DNA from: Candidatus Hermodarchaeota archaeon
GTDB taxonomy: Archaea; Asgardarchaeota; Heimdallarchaeia; Hodarchaeales; Hodarchaeaceae
DNA: 32,000 nucleotides
Assembly: GCA_048886185.1 (NCBI GenBank)
Contig: JBHLKY010000010.1
Coordinates: 48,526-80,525, forward strand
Reading direction: 5' to 3'
Every line of letters starts with the position of its first letter. The first letter of the stretch is position 1. Made by a program: the position numbers and the translations under genes. Shown here one piece after another: positions 8,180-17,241 of this stretch. The notes beneath the pieces were generated by a model that was not told the origin of the DNA, searched no databases, and worked only from the letters and a program-made list of their open reading frames with translations.

Positions 8180-11101
8180 TCATAAATTACGAAGGAGGTT
8201 TGAGACGTTTACATTTCGAGCATTTTTAGCAGCCATTCCTGAAGCTAATACTAGGATGCAAAATTCAAGAATTAGGATCACTCCGACTAAAAAAGGGGAA
8301 GCAAAAAACTCAAGTCTGAAGACATTTTCAGTTGAAAGAATAAAACTCCTTGAAGCAAGCATAAAACCAATTGTAAAACCTGAACCAATAATGAACCCGA
8401 GTGAAATCCCCAAAAAAATGATTATTAGCGCTTCTGCGAATGAAATCCAGAGTATTTGTCTTTTAGTCCCCCCACAAGCTCTTAAAATCGCGTATTCTTT
8501 CAGTCTCTTAGTGATGATATAATTATAGAATAAACTAATCCCAATAACAGCGATAAATAGAGACATCAAAAAGTTAACTGAGAGAATACCAGCAACACCT
8601 GTGATTTTCATAAAATTAAAGAACAATTCGTTACTTTGTTGTTGATCTATTACTTGTATTACTTGTGGTTGTGCTTTTAAACTGTCTGTAACGGAATTAA
8701 GTGTCTTAAGACTACGATTGTCAACTTTAATTAAAAAAATCCTAGTAGTGGTTATCCTAAAAATCTTCATAAGGTCTTGATTGATTAAAACTATTCCCCC
8801 AAACTTGGAAAAGCCACGAATTGTATATGCTTCAGAATGTAATTTCCCTATACCTGGAGCTGAATTCATAATTCCTACAACAGTAAAGTTCCAAACTGTG
8901 CTAATAGATCCAAAAAGGCCACTTACATTCAGTGAGTCGCCAATTTTTAACTTCAATCTTGAAGCTATAAAATCATTGATAATCATTCCACTAGTATTGT
9001 CTGTTTCTAACTTGTTTAACATGTCTTTCACTGTACCGCCAGCAACAGTTGATTCTTTAGAGAACTGACAAGCTGATAGGTAATTACTAGGACTAACTGC
9101 TGCAAGAGTAACTGAATAACTGCCGACACTGACTTGAGGGTTTGATGTCTGACTTATTGCGGATACTGCTAGTACACTTTCGATTTTTTCAAGTTCGAGA
9201 GAATAATCTAACGAAGTTTCTTCTGTAAAAACCTTAAAATCTGACCCAACTAGATATTTTAGATTTTTTTGGGTATTATAATCGATTGTTTGAGCGTAAT
9301 AAGTTGAGAATATCCCCAATGAGACGGTTAAAATCACTAATGTAATGATATTTAATACATGAGGTCTTTTTCTCACAAGATTCATTGTAATAACTTTACT
9401 TTTTGATTTAAATAAAAGACTAGTAATTTTTGATATTCGGGGAAGAATTTCCCCACTGAGAATCGTAAGACGTTTACATAATAAAAACCAGAGAATAGTG
9501 GCACCAGCTAAGTAAAATCCCATTAATTGAGGATCAAGAGTAAGTCGATTAATAATATCTGACTGTAATATAAGCAAAAAAATGAAAACAATGAGTACAA
9601 GAATAATTATATCAAAATTTCTTCTGGAGAACTGTTTTGTTAATCCAGAATTCTCTTTTTTGGGTTCTTGTTCTTGAAGCTCTTGTATAGCTCTTCTTGT
9701 TTTTTGAACAGCAATAAGAATGTAAATGAATCCAATAAACATTGCACTGAAAACCCATGTGGGCCATGATACCAACGAAGTGTTTACAAATTCTATTGGG
9801 AAATTCTGAGGATTAATGACAAGAAAATTCTCTGTTGACGAAATAACCAGTGTAATGATAAGTCCCAATCCAATACCAATTGAAACTCCAATAATCGAAA
9901 GAATAACGAATTCTACAATGAACAAAGTCATGATGATTCTAAAAGGAGCGCCTTTTAACCTCAATAATTCAATCTCGTTTTTTCTTTTTTCTAAAAAGTG
10001 AGAAGCTGTTGTCGCAAAGAAAATAGAGGCTACAATTATTAATGGTACAAAGATAAAGAAAACCAACACCTGAGAATCCTCATAATTTGTTAAAATTTGA
10101 TCTATTTCATCAAGATAAACTTCAGCAACAATTATCGTATTAGTAGTAGAGATACGGAATGCTAATGCTTCAATCTCTTGTGTTACTGAAAAAATAGACA
10201 TACTAGCAATTGCTTCACGCTTAATCTGAACATAAAGGCTTGGGCTTATGACTTGGACTTCCATAGCCTTTATAGAGCTCCTATTGAAAAGATCACGAGC
10301 AATGAATATTCCATCACCAAGGCTTTCGGGGAAAAAATATGGATATAAAAGATTTTTTTGGACTTTGCGGTCAAAAATGGCATTAATTGTAAAATTATAG
10401 AATTTAATTGGGTTAAAATACTCTAATGAAAATTCCCCACTTTCAGGATCCATTATTCTAGTGGCTATTGCGAAATCGATCTGATCACCTGTTGTAAAAG
10501 TCTGATTTGTTGCAAGTTCGATCTGATGCAGCATCCTTTTTGAAATAACAACCCCATTATTGGCTAGAGTAAGATTATCTTTCGTAGATGAAAGGATCAA
10601 TTGTTGTGATAGATGAAAAAGGTATTCTTCTTCAACTAGGTATGCTGATTGCCCAAGAATTTCAGAGACATAAAAATCGGATTGATTTTCAGGAGCTTCA
10701 TACACAGTAAAATTATCATCCCGATCGTTCAAGTTGAACAACATCAAAGTCGGTTGTACAAGAAAGGAGACCCCAACAAGAGGTTCCGATTCCTCTAAAT
10801 ATACCTGAACATCTTCAAGTCTATCATTAGGATAAAGTCCATAAACAAGATTATGAACCCTGATTTCAAAAGATCGCTCCTTCATTGCCGAATTAATAGC
10901 TAATCTTGGATATGTCTCAATCCACATGATTAAAGCTGTCGTTAAAGAAACACAGATAATAATTGCAATGATGATTGTTGAAGATCTTTTTAGATTGTGT
11001 AAAATGGTTTTGAATACATATCTAGGAATGAATCCATTGAAAAATTGTGTTTGAGGGTTTAATTTCTTTTGTTTCTGCTTCTTACTGCTGAAGTGGTTCA
11101 T
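8180..11101 (-). CDS. FtsX/MacB-family ABC permease with two tandem halves
   Basis: Two FtsX-like modules (RKNEIELLRLKGAP and RLKEYAILRACGGT), each preceded by a large extracytoplasmic domain with many N-x-S/T sequons. ATG 11101 is preferred over GTG 11122. Confidence 0.9.
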   Translation of the reverse strand: MNHFSSKKQKQKKLNPQTQFFNGFIPRYVFKTILHNLKRSSTIIIAIIICVSLTTALIMWIETYPRLAINSAMKERSFEIRVHNLVYGLYPNDRLEDVQVYLEESEPLVGVSFLVQPTLMLFNLNDRDDNFTVYEAPENQSDFYVSEILGQSAYLVEEEYLFHLSQQLILSSTKDNLTLANNGVVISKRMLHQIELATNQTFTTGDQIDFAIATRIMDPESGEFSLEYFNPIKFYNFTINAIFDRKVQKNLLYPYFFPESLGDGIFIARDLFNRSSIKAMEVQVISPSLYVQIKREAIASMSIFSVTQEIEALAFRISTTNTIIVAEVYLDEIDQILTNYEDSQVLVFFIFVPLIIVASIFFATTASHFLEKRKNEIELLRLKGAPFRIIMTLFIVEFVILSIIGVSIGIGLGLIITLVISSTENFLVINPQNFPIEFVNTSLVSWPTWVFSAMFIGFIYILIAVQKTRRAIQELQEQEPKKENSGLTKQFSRRNFDIIILVLIVFIFLLILQSDIINRLTLDPQLMGFYLAGATILWFLLCKRLTILSGEILPRISKITSLLFKSKSKVITMNLVRKRPHVLNIITLVILTVSLGIFSTYYAQTIDYNTQKNLKYLVGSDFKVFTEETSLDYSLELEKIESVLAVSAISQTSNPQVSVGSYSVTLAAVSPSNYLSACQFSKESTVAGGTVKDMLNKLETDNTSGMIINDFIASRLKLKIGDSLNVSGLFGSISTVWNFTVVGIMNSAPGIGKLHSEAYTIRGFSKFGGIVLINQDLMKIFRITTTRIFLIKVDNRSLKTLNSVTDSLKAQPQVIQVIDQQQSNELFFNFMKITGVAGILSVNFLMSLFIAVIGISLFYNYIITKRLKEYAILRACGGTKRQILWISFAEALIIIFLGISLGFIIGSGFTIGFMLASRSFILSTENVFRLEFFASPFLVGVILILEFCILVLASGMAAKNARNVNVSNLLRNL

Positions 11102-11546
11102 TTTCTCTCGCTTGTTTTCCACAATGAGTTATCTGTAAAACAAAAGATGATAGTACGATATGTTAAAGTTTAATTCTTGATTCTTTAGGTTAATGCAAAA
11201 AATGATTTTAAAAGTAGACTAATAATCTCACAGGGGAGTAAGTAATCCTTACTAAAAGGGTATTATTCGATTGTAAATAAGTTAAGTGCTGAAATATCAG
11301 CTTAAAAAGGAAATGAGAACAAAAAACATTTTGAAAGGTGGTTAAATCCCGAGAAAAAGGTAATTGGTTTTTTTTATCATTTCTTCTTGTTATTAATAGT
11401 CACCAAACCAGAAATTGAAGGTGCATTCCTCAAAAGATTTATTAATTGAAAAATGAATTTTCTTGAACTTGTAAGATACTACACAACACCTCGGTTAAGA
11501 GGATGATGTATCTTATTACAATCAATTTCATTTTGAAGGAATCAAT

Positions 11547-13688
11547 ATGAAAGATAGAAAAACGCTTTTTAAGGTGATTACTCTTTTTTTGGCGCTTACG
11601 CTTTTGGGTAACATAGCCATGATGGTTACAGCTCAAGATGAGTTAGAACCTTTCTTCAGCTGTCACCTACTTGCTCCTACTAATAACCCAGTCAGGATGC
11701 AATACGCTCAATTACTTGAAACGGAATTCTCTAAAATTGGAGTAGATGTAGAGTTAGATCTTGTCGCTTGGTCCGCTATGGGGCCTCGATGCTATTATGA
11801 TGAGGCTGGAACCTATTTGGAAGGCGGATATGATATGGTTTGTATGGGTATGTCAATAGGCACACCTGCGAGTCATCCTGGGAATAGTATGCTCGGTATA
11901 TATCACAATGACGCAGTACCTCCATTTGGGTATAATGTAGCGATGTGGAGTAATCGCAGCACTGAGTATAACGACTATCGAGCCGGTGAAGCATCTGATT
12001 TGATTGATGCACTTAACCAAGAGTTGGATTTCGATGAAGCTAAAAAACAACTTATTGACTGGCAGAAAATCCATTATGATGCAATGCCTCAGACTTACGT
12101 CCTAGTTCAATCTGAAGTACATGCTGTTTCGACAGGCTTGTATGGATATGATCCTACTGGTTACCCAATCGCCTCTGCTGAAGATCAGTGGCTTACAGAC
12201 GATTATGTTGGTGCTGCTGGGAAAGTGGTTCTTGGAACCTCTGATTCTGGCACCAGATTCTACGATTTCCTCGGGAAGTCTGTTTACGATCAATATACCT
12301 CTGCCCCTGTTCAAGATGCTCTTGTAGGTAACACCCCATCAAGTGAAATGATCATTCCCACTGGTGTTGATCGTGAAACTTGGATGGACGAACATTACCA
12401 CAATCGTTATGCTACAACTGGATATCTTGAACGTTATCCCCGAGTAGCTGAAGCTATGGGTACCTACTCATCTGATGGGCTTAAATATACTATTTCCATC
12501 CGAGATGATGTCTATTGGCATGATGGTATACAAGTAGATGCCTGGGATGTTGCGTTCGGCTTCCAAGCAGAACTTCAACCAGATGCGGGATCATCAACGT
12601 ATTCTACTCTAAAAACGGAATTTGGTCTTGATGATAAAGAGAATAACCATGGAAATTACTCTTTCGTTGTGACAGACGACGATGACGATGGTTTCGATGA
12701 GACTATCGAATTTAATTTTGCAGCAATTTATGCTCCATTCGTCCTTGCGGATCTAGGATTATCAATTAAACCTGAACATATTTTAGGTGATCCAGATAAT
12801 CACGGATTCAATCCTACAACTGGTGATTTTGAGGTCAGTCGATGGCTGGTTCAACCAAGCAATTGGGTTACACACTCCATGAACACAGCAAATCCTGAAG
12901 ATACAGGTGGATACAAAGGGCCCATTGGCTGTGGATCAATGGTATTCTACAATCGTGATCCAACAAGTAAAGTGGTGACCCTCAAGAAGTTTGATGGGAT
13001 CAGATGGGACACAGCAACAAGTAAGTGGGTTGATGATCCAGACCTCCGCCATTATCTCGCTGAGGATGGTTTATTAGATGATATGCCTGACGAATACACC
13101 ATGGTTCAGGGTGATATGAACAGTATTGTAGCTGATGCTAAAGAAGGTGATGTAAACTTAATTGATCCACAATTCACTATGGCGCCCATCCTTACTGAGC
13201 TGCAGGAGCATGAAAAGATCACTGCCGTCCTTAGTACAGAATCTGGTTGGCAATGTCTTTATTTCAATCCAAAGTATGCTGATGCTGATGGCGTCCATCA
13301 CTTGAAGAACAAAGGAGTTCGTCACGGACTTTCTCACGCAATTCCACGTGAAGATATCGTTGAATACTTACTCGCTGGTCAAGGTGTACCTGGTTATACC
13401 GCTGTACCAATAACTAATTGGGGTGCAGCTCCACCAGCAGATTTCTTAGAATACAAGAAAACAATTAAGGCTACTGATGGAACAACACCTGAGGCTGATG
13501 AAACAACGCATTATGATTCGTATGATCTGGACTTGGCTTTAGATTGGTTCGAAACTGAGGGATATGAAGTACAACCCTTCCGAGACGCCCTTGCCGCAGA
13601 AGGAGGAGGAGCTCCAGGTTTTGGAATCATCGTTGGATTAATCGCTTGTGTCGGTGCAGCAGCCTATCTCCGTAAAAAGAACCGCTAA
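11547..13688 (+). CDS. Extracellular solute-binding protein, family 5 (DppA/OppA-like), circularly permuted, with PGF-CTERM anchor
   Basis: Signal peptide (..MMVTA|QD). Family-5 motifs DGLKYTISIRDDVYWHDG..VDAWDV, GPIGCG and VRHGLSHAIPREDIV. C-terminal APGFG, hydrophobic helix and RKKNR. Confidence 0.9.
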   Translation: MKDRKTLFKVITLFLALTLLGNIAMMVTAQDELEPFFSCHLLAPTNNPVRMQYAQLLETEFSKIGVDVELDLVAWSAMGPRCYYDEAGTYLEGGYDMVCMGMSIGTPASHPGNSMLGIYHNDAVPPFGYNVAMWSNRSTEYNDYRAGEASDLIDALNQELDFDEAKKQLIDWQKIHYDAMPQTYVLVQSEVHAVSTGLYGYDPTGYPIASAEDQWLTDDYVGAAGKVVLGTSDSGTRFYDFLGKSVYDQYTSAPVQDALVGNTPSSEMIIPTGVDRETWMDEHYHNRYATTGYLERYPRVAEAMGTYSSDGLKYTISIRDDVYWHDGIQVDAWDVAFGFQAELQPDAGSSTYSTLKTEFGLDDKENNHGNYSFVVTDDDDDGFDETIEFNFAAIYAPFVLADLGLSIKPEHILGDPDNHGFNPTTGDFEVSRWLVQPSNWVTHSMNTANPEDTGGYKGPIGCGSMVFYNRDPTSKVVTLKKFDGIRWDTATSKWVDDPDLRHYLAEDGLLDDMPDEYTMVQGDMNSIVADAKEGDVNLIDPQFTMAPILTELQEHEKITAVLSTESGWQCLYFNPKYADADGVHHLKNKGVRHGLSHAIPREDIVEYLLAGQGVPGYTAVPITNWGAAPPADFLEYKKTIKATDGTTPEADETTHYDSYDLDLALDWFETEGYEVQPFRDALAAEGGGAPGFGIIVGLIACVGAAAYLRKKNR

Positions 13689-13700
13689 GGATCAGAAGAA

Positions 13701-13738
13701 GGAAAATTCTTTTCCATCCTCCCTCTTTTCTTTTTTTT
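13701..13738 (+). terminator. Probable terminator after the binding-protein gene
   Basis: Short stem GGAAAA-ttc-TTTTCC (13701-13715) followed by a pyrimidine/oligo-T tract ending in T8; typical of archaeal terminators. Confidence 0.6.
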
Positions 13739-14061
13739 AATTTTAAATTTAAGTCGAAACAAGAACAATCTTATTTAACTAAATGTAGAATTCGATTCCA
13801 GAAATCTAATTCCAATTTTAATCACAAAATTTGATTAAAGCTTAATTTTCTGAATAAAATCCTTCCTGAGACCCCCTTTCTGATTTTTAAGATCATTTTT
13901 AAGAGTAATTCAGTTGCTAGTAGTACAAGTTGACATCAAGAGGAAAGGTTAAAAGAAAAAGGAAAACTAAAAGGCAAGTTGAGGATCAAAGAGAAAATAC
14001 CCTCAATAATTAAAACATTGATCCTTTAATCATGAAATGAAATGTTGGAGAATAAATTAAA

Positions 14062-15009
14062 ATGAAGAAAAGATATCTTTTTACCATTCTTCTTCTTACA
14101 ATTGCATTCTCTTGTGTCAGCACAGTTTCTGCAGATATTTCTCTATCTTGGGGACCTGCGAACAAGACTGGGGCAATTTTCGAATGGAATATTGACGAAG
14201 TTGAGGATGAAAATGGTTCTACGTCATGGGAATGGCCCTACTTAGGCATGACCTTGACAAAGGATGATACGATTAAATTTGAATGGAAAGAATTTAATAA
14301 AACACTGATTGAGATCACTAAAGATACACCTAGTACAGGTATATCCTTTTTGAATTGGAGTGACATCGAGATTACTGTTGGAGACACAAAAGCTGATATA
14401 AATGAAACGAAGGCTCTAATGGGACTAGTTCTTCCAGTTTATCTGTATTATTCTGGCGAAGTAGTCTCTGGGATCAAGCTCATGGAAGGTTACTGGTGGA
14501 AAGATTATCCATTACCACTGTCCACTAAGACTGAAGACGTCTGGAACCTCAACGTTGAAAAAGCTACTGCTGAATTAGATGTGATTGGTGAAAATGCGGA
14601 AGAAGATGCGGAAGTGAATGCATGGATAACCACTGTACAATACGCAATGTGGCCTAATGGAACAGAGATGCCAGGGGATCCGCCTGGAATACCAGCAGGT
14701 TATGCTGGACAACAGCTCCATATGGTTTTTGATCTTAAAATCGATTCAAAGCATGGAGTCATTAAAACAATAGACTATCCTTCTACACATCCCCAAACAA
14801 CACCGAATTCTACATACCCCTATATTAAATACCCAGTGATTGCAAATAATGCCACAAAACTTACTAACGGATTAATAAAGCTTGAAATATCATTAAAGAC
14901 TGAATTAGAAGGGAATTGGCCTGCAGCGGCACCTGGATTTGAAATTGCTGTAGCTACAACAAGCCTAGTTATCCTGGCTGCAATAATTACTCGTCGTCGA
15001 AAGAGATAA
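14062..15009 (+). CDS. Secreted cell-surface protein of unknown function with PGF-CTERM anchor
   Basis: Signal peptide (MKKRYLFTILLL...TVSA|D), several N-glycosylation sequons (NKT twice, NWS, NET, NGT, NST, NAT), and C-terminal AAAPGFE, TM and RRRKR. Confidence 0.85.
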   Translation: MKKRYLFTILLLTIAFSCVSTVSADISLSWGPANKTGAIFEWNIDEVEDENGSTSWEWPYLGMTLTKDDTIKFEWKEFNKTLIEITKDTPSTGISFLNWSDIEITVGDTKADINETKALMGLVLPVYLYYSGEVVSGIKLMEGYWWKDYPLPLSTKTEDVWNLNVEKATAELDVIGENAEEDAEVNAWITTVQYAMWPNGTEMPGDPPGIPAGYAGQQLHMVFDLKIDSKHGVIKTIDYPSTHPQTTPNSTYPYIKYPVIANNATKLTNGLIKLEISLKTELEGNWPAAAPGFEIAVATTSLVILAAIITRRRKR

Positions 15010-15027
15010 CCTATAGGGATTAAAAAC

Positions 15028-15061
15028 TTCTTTTTGCCCCTTTTCTCTTTTTTTTATTTTT
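15028..15061 (+). terminator. Probable oligo-T terminator
   Basis: Long T-rich tract about 20 nt after the stop at 15009. Confidence 0.55.
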
Positions 15062-15150
15062 AGAGATAGCTTTATCTACTACTGTTTGGCTTATTTTTTT
15101 GCTATTACTTCTATTGAAGTAATAACCTTCTCCTTAGGACTGAAAAAAAT

Positions 15151-15774
15151 ATGTCACAACACTTTGGCTTAGAAAAAGGCTTAAAACAGTTATCAAAAGA
15201 CATTTCGGAGGAACTATCACGATTTAATAGTCAAGAAACCAATTATGAATGGAATGGAGAAGGAGTTCCAACTATTTCTGATTCTGAAGATATTCACCTC
15301 GTTCTTGAAGGAAAATTTACCTTATTCAAGGAAGAAAAACTTAACAACAGTACAATTATTTGGACAAGTGAAAGAGTTATTCTTTATGGAAGTGAAATTC
15401 GGAAATCACTTTTATCAAACATGGTTTCACGTGAGGTGGAACAAAGACGTGGATTGGAAAGGAAACATGGAGAACTCTCTCTTGCCAGAAATAAAGGTTG
15501 GGATTTACCTCATAGAAGAATTAAAAAAATAGAAATAATAAAAAATGCCGCTATTTACTCTATTTTCGCTTTTAGTGACAAAAAAAGGCTTTATATTATT
15601 AATGATCTAGATTATAAGGAGGCAGAGGTCCTTAAAACCTTACTAGTCCAGAAGGGAGATATTGAGATCATTGAGGATGAGTTTCAAATCCCAAAATTCG
15701 ACATTTTATTGTTGTGTCTCGGGGGGATTGGACTCACAATTGTTGGTTGGTTTTTAATAGTATTATTTCTTTGA
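15151..15774 (+). CDS. Hypothetical tail-anchored membrane protein, possibly with a PH-like fold
   Basis: Soluble domain with IIWTSERVILY...LPHRRIKKIEI pattern reminiscent of bacterial PH domains; a single hydrophobic helix at the extreme C-terminus. Confidence 0.7.
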   Translation: MSQHFGLEKGLKQLSKDISEELSRFNSQETNYEWNGEGVPTISDSEDIHLVLEGKFTLFKEEKLNNSTIIWTSERVILYGSEIRKSLLSNMVSREVEQRRGLERKHGELSLARNKGWDLPHRRIKKIEIIKNAAIYSIFAFSDKKRLYIINDLDYKEAEVLKTLLVQKGDIEIIEDEFQIPKFDILLLCLGGIGLTIVGWFLIVLFL

Positions 15775-15785
15775 GAACCCAAAAC

Positions 15786-16130
15786 TTACATTTGGATTAT
15801 CCAGCAAATTAATGATAAGGCAATTAGAAGAATACCTGCTATAATATCTTCTCCTGCTTTTCCAAAACCATGCAAGTAAATCGTATTAGGTGAAACTGTT
15901 TTCTTTCCTCTTAACCTTGATATTATTAGGGACTCAAAAAAATCTCTTGTGCCTCCAATAATGAAGAAAATTCCTCCTATAAAGAAAAAAGCCATCCCTA
16001 GTAGTTCAAAGGATATAATTTCTCTAGTCAGACTAGTATGAACTACAATAAGTGTAATTGTAAAGAAAAGGCCACAGCTGATTTTTAATGCAATACCTTT
16101 TCTTGGTTTATTTTGAGGGACAGTGTTCAT
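15786..16130 (-). CDS. Small hypothetical membrane protein (about 3 TM)
   Basis: 114-codon ATG ORF with three hydrophobic segments and an AAGGA-type site upstream. Confidence 0.65.
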   Translation of the reverse strand: MNTVPQNKPRKGIALKISCGLFFTITLIVVHTSLTREIISFELLGMAFFFIGGIFFIIGGTRDFFESLIISRLRGKKTVSPNTIYLHGFGKAGEDIIAGILLIALSLICWIIQM

Positions 16131-16281
16131 TTTGTCATTTCCTTACGAATTTTTGCATTCTATGGTAGGAAAAATGAGGATTACTATACTTTAATATTTA
16201 TGTAAAAGAAATGATCATAACACAAAGAAATAGTTTCTCTATCTTGGAGATTATCTCTTGAAAGCTGTATCTGGCGGAATT

Positions 16282-16623
16282 CTACTTGAACTCTTGCACT
16301 TTTGTGAAAGATGTTTTCAATTTTTCAGTATTCATTCTAGCTGTTGCTGTTTCTTTTTGTGCTGATGCTTTAGTCAGTGCTGCTATTTGATATTCAGTAG
16401 TTTGTATGTTTAATAGATTTATTTTTTTTTGTACTAGTCCATGTTCGAGTAATGGCTTTAAGGAATAATAAATTGTGCGAATAGAGTATCCTGATCGCTT
16501 TTTGAGTTCAATAGCAGTCATTGGCTCTCCTGAACTCAGTATATCAAGAACTGTAATGGTAGATGGTGTCATTAATCCTGATTTTGAATTTTTCACATTA
16601 TGAGAAAAAGGCATATTAATCAT
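16282..16623 (-). CDS. Winged helix-turn-helix transcriptional regulator (MarR/ArsR/TrmB-like)
   Basis: VLDILSSGEPMTAIELKKRSGYSIRTIYYSLKPLLEHGLVQK, followed by a beta-wing; archaeal wHTH pattern. Confidence 0.8.
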   Translation of the reverse strand: MINMPFSHNVKNSKSGLMTPSTITVLDILSSGEPMTAIELKKRSGYSIRTIYYSLKPLLEHGLVQKKINLLNIQTTEYQIAALTKASAQKETATARMNTEKLKTSFTKVQEFK

Positions 16624-16737
16624 TATTATATTTCATACATCACTTAAATTTATCGCAAAATGAAATGAAGATAGTGACTTGTATTTTAATCAGTAAAATT
16701 ATCATTCAAGTTTTTCTTGCCCATCAAGCAATTTTAA

Positions 16738-17187
16738 TTATATCTCGTACCTTCTTTCAAGAAAAGGATTTTCCTCTACTCCTGCAAGTCTAAAAATAAA
16801 AATCAGTGCAAGCATGTATAATCCAGCTATAATACCAAAATTCGGGGCGATGATCAAAAAGGTTATTATTGAAAACAATAACCAAGTGACAATGATACCA
16901 ACATTTCTGCGGGTTTTTTGCTGTACCCATTGTTTTTCAATTGAAGATAACCCTTCTTGTAGAACTAATGCGAGAATTAATGAAGTTGTATTAAATAGAA
17001 GAAAAATAGAACCTATTATTACTTCCATAATTATGATAATTATCGCCATTGTCATATAAAAGCCAATTTCTTGTGTAAAGAAGAAATTACTGAGAAATAA
17101 GAAAAAAGTGGCAATTATAGCTATTAATATTTCATAATTTTTCTCTAAATACCTTAAGACTCCTTCTATAGATTTATTTGATCGCAT
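16738..17187 (-). CDS. Hypothetical membrane protein (about 4 TM)
   Basis: 149-codon ATG ORF with four hydrophobic segments, directly downstream of dppF of operon 2. Confidence 0.7.
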   Translation of the reverse strand: MRSNKSIEGVLRYLEKNYEILIAIIATFFLFLSNFFFTQEIGFYMTMAIIIIIMEVIIGSIFLLFNTTSLILALVLQEGLSSIEKQWVQQKTRRNVGIIVTWLLFSIITFLIIAPNFGIIAGLYMLALIFIFRLAGVEENPFLERRYEI

Positions 17188-17241
17188 GAATTATCATTCC
17201 GGTTTTCTCTGCGGAATCCTGATCTTTTGTGTTTGAAGAAA

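Noticed and set aside
16422-16430. T9 run (A9 on the coding strand) in the wHTH gene as a slippage site
   Set aside because: The frame is intact (Lys-Lys codons), and such runs are common in AT-rich genomes.
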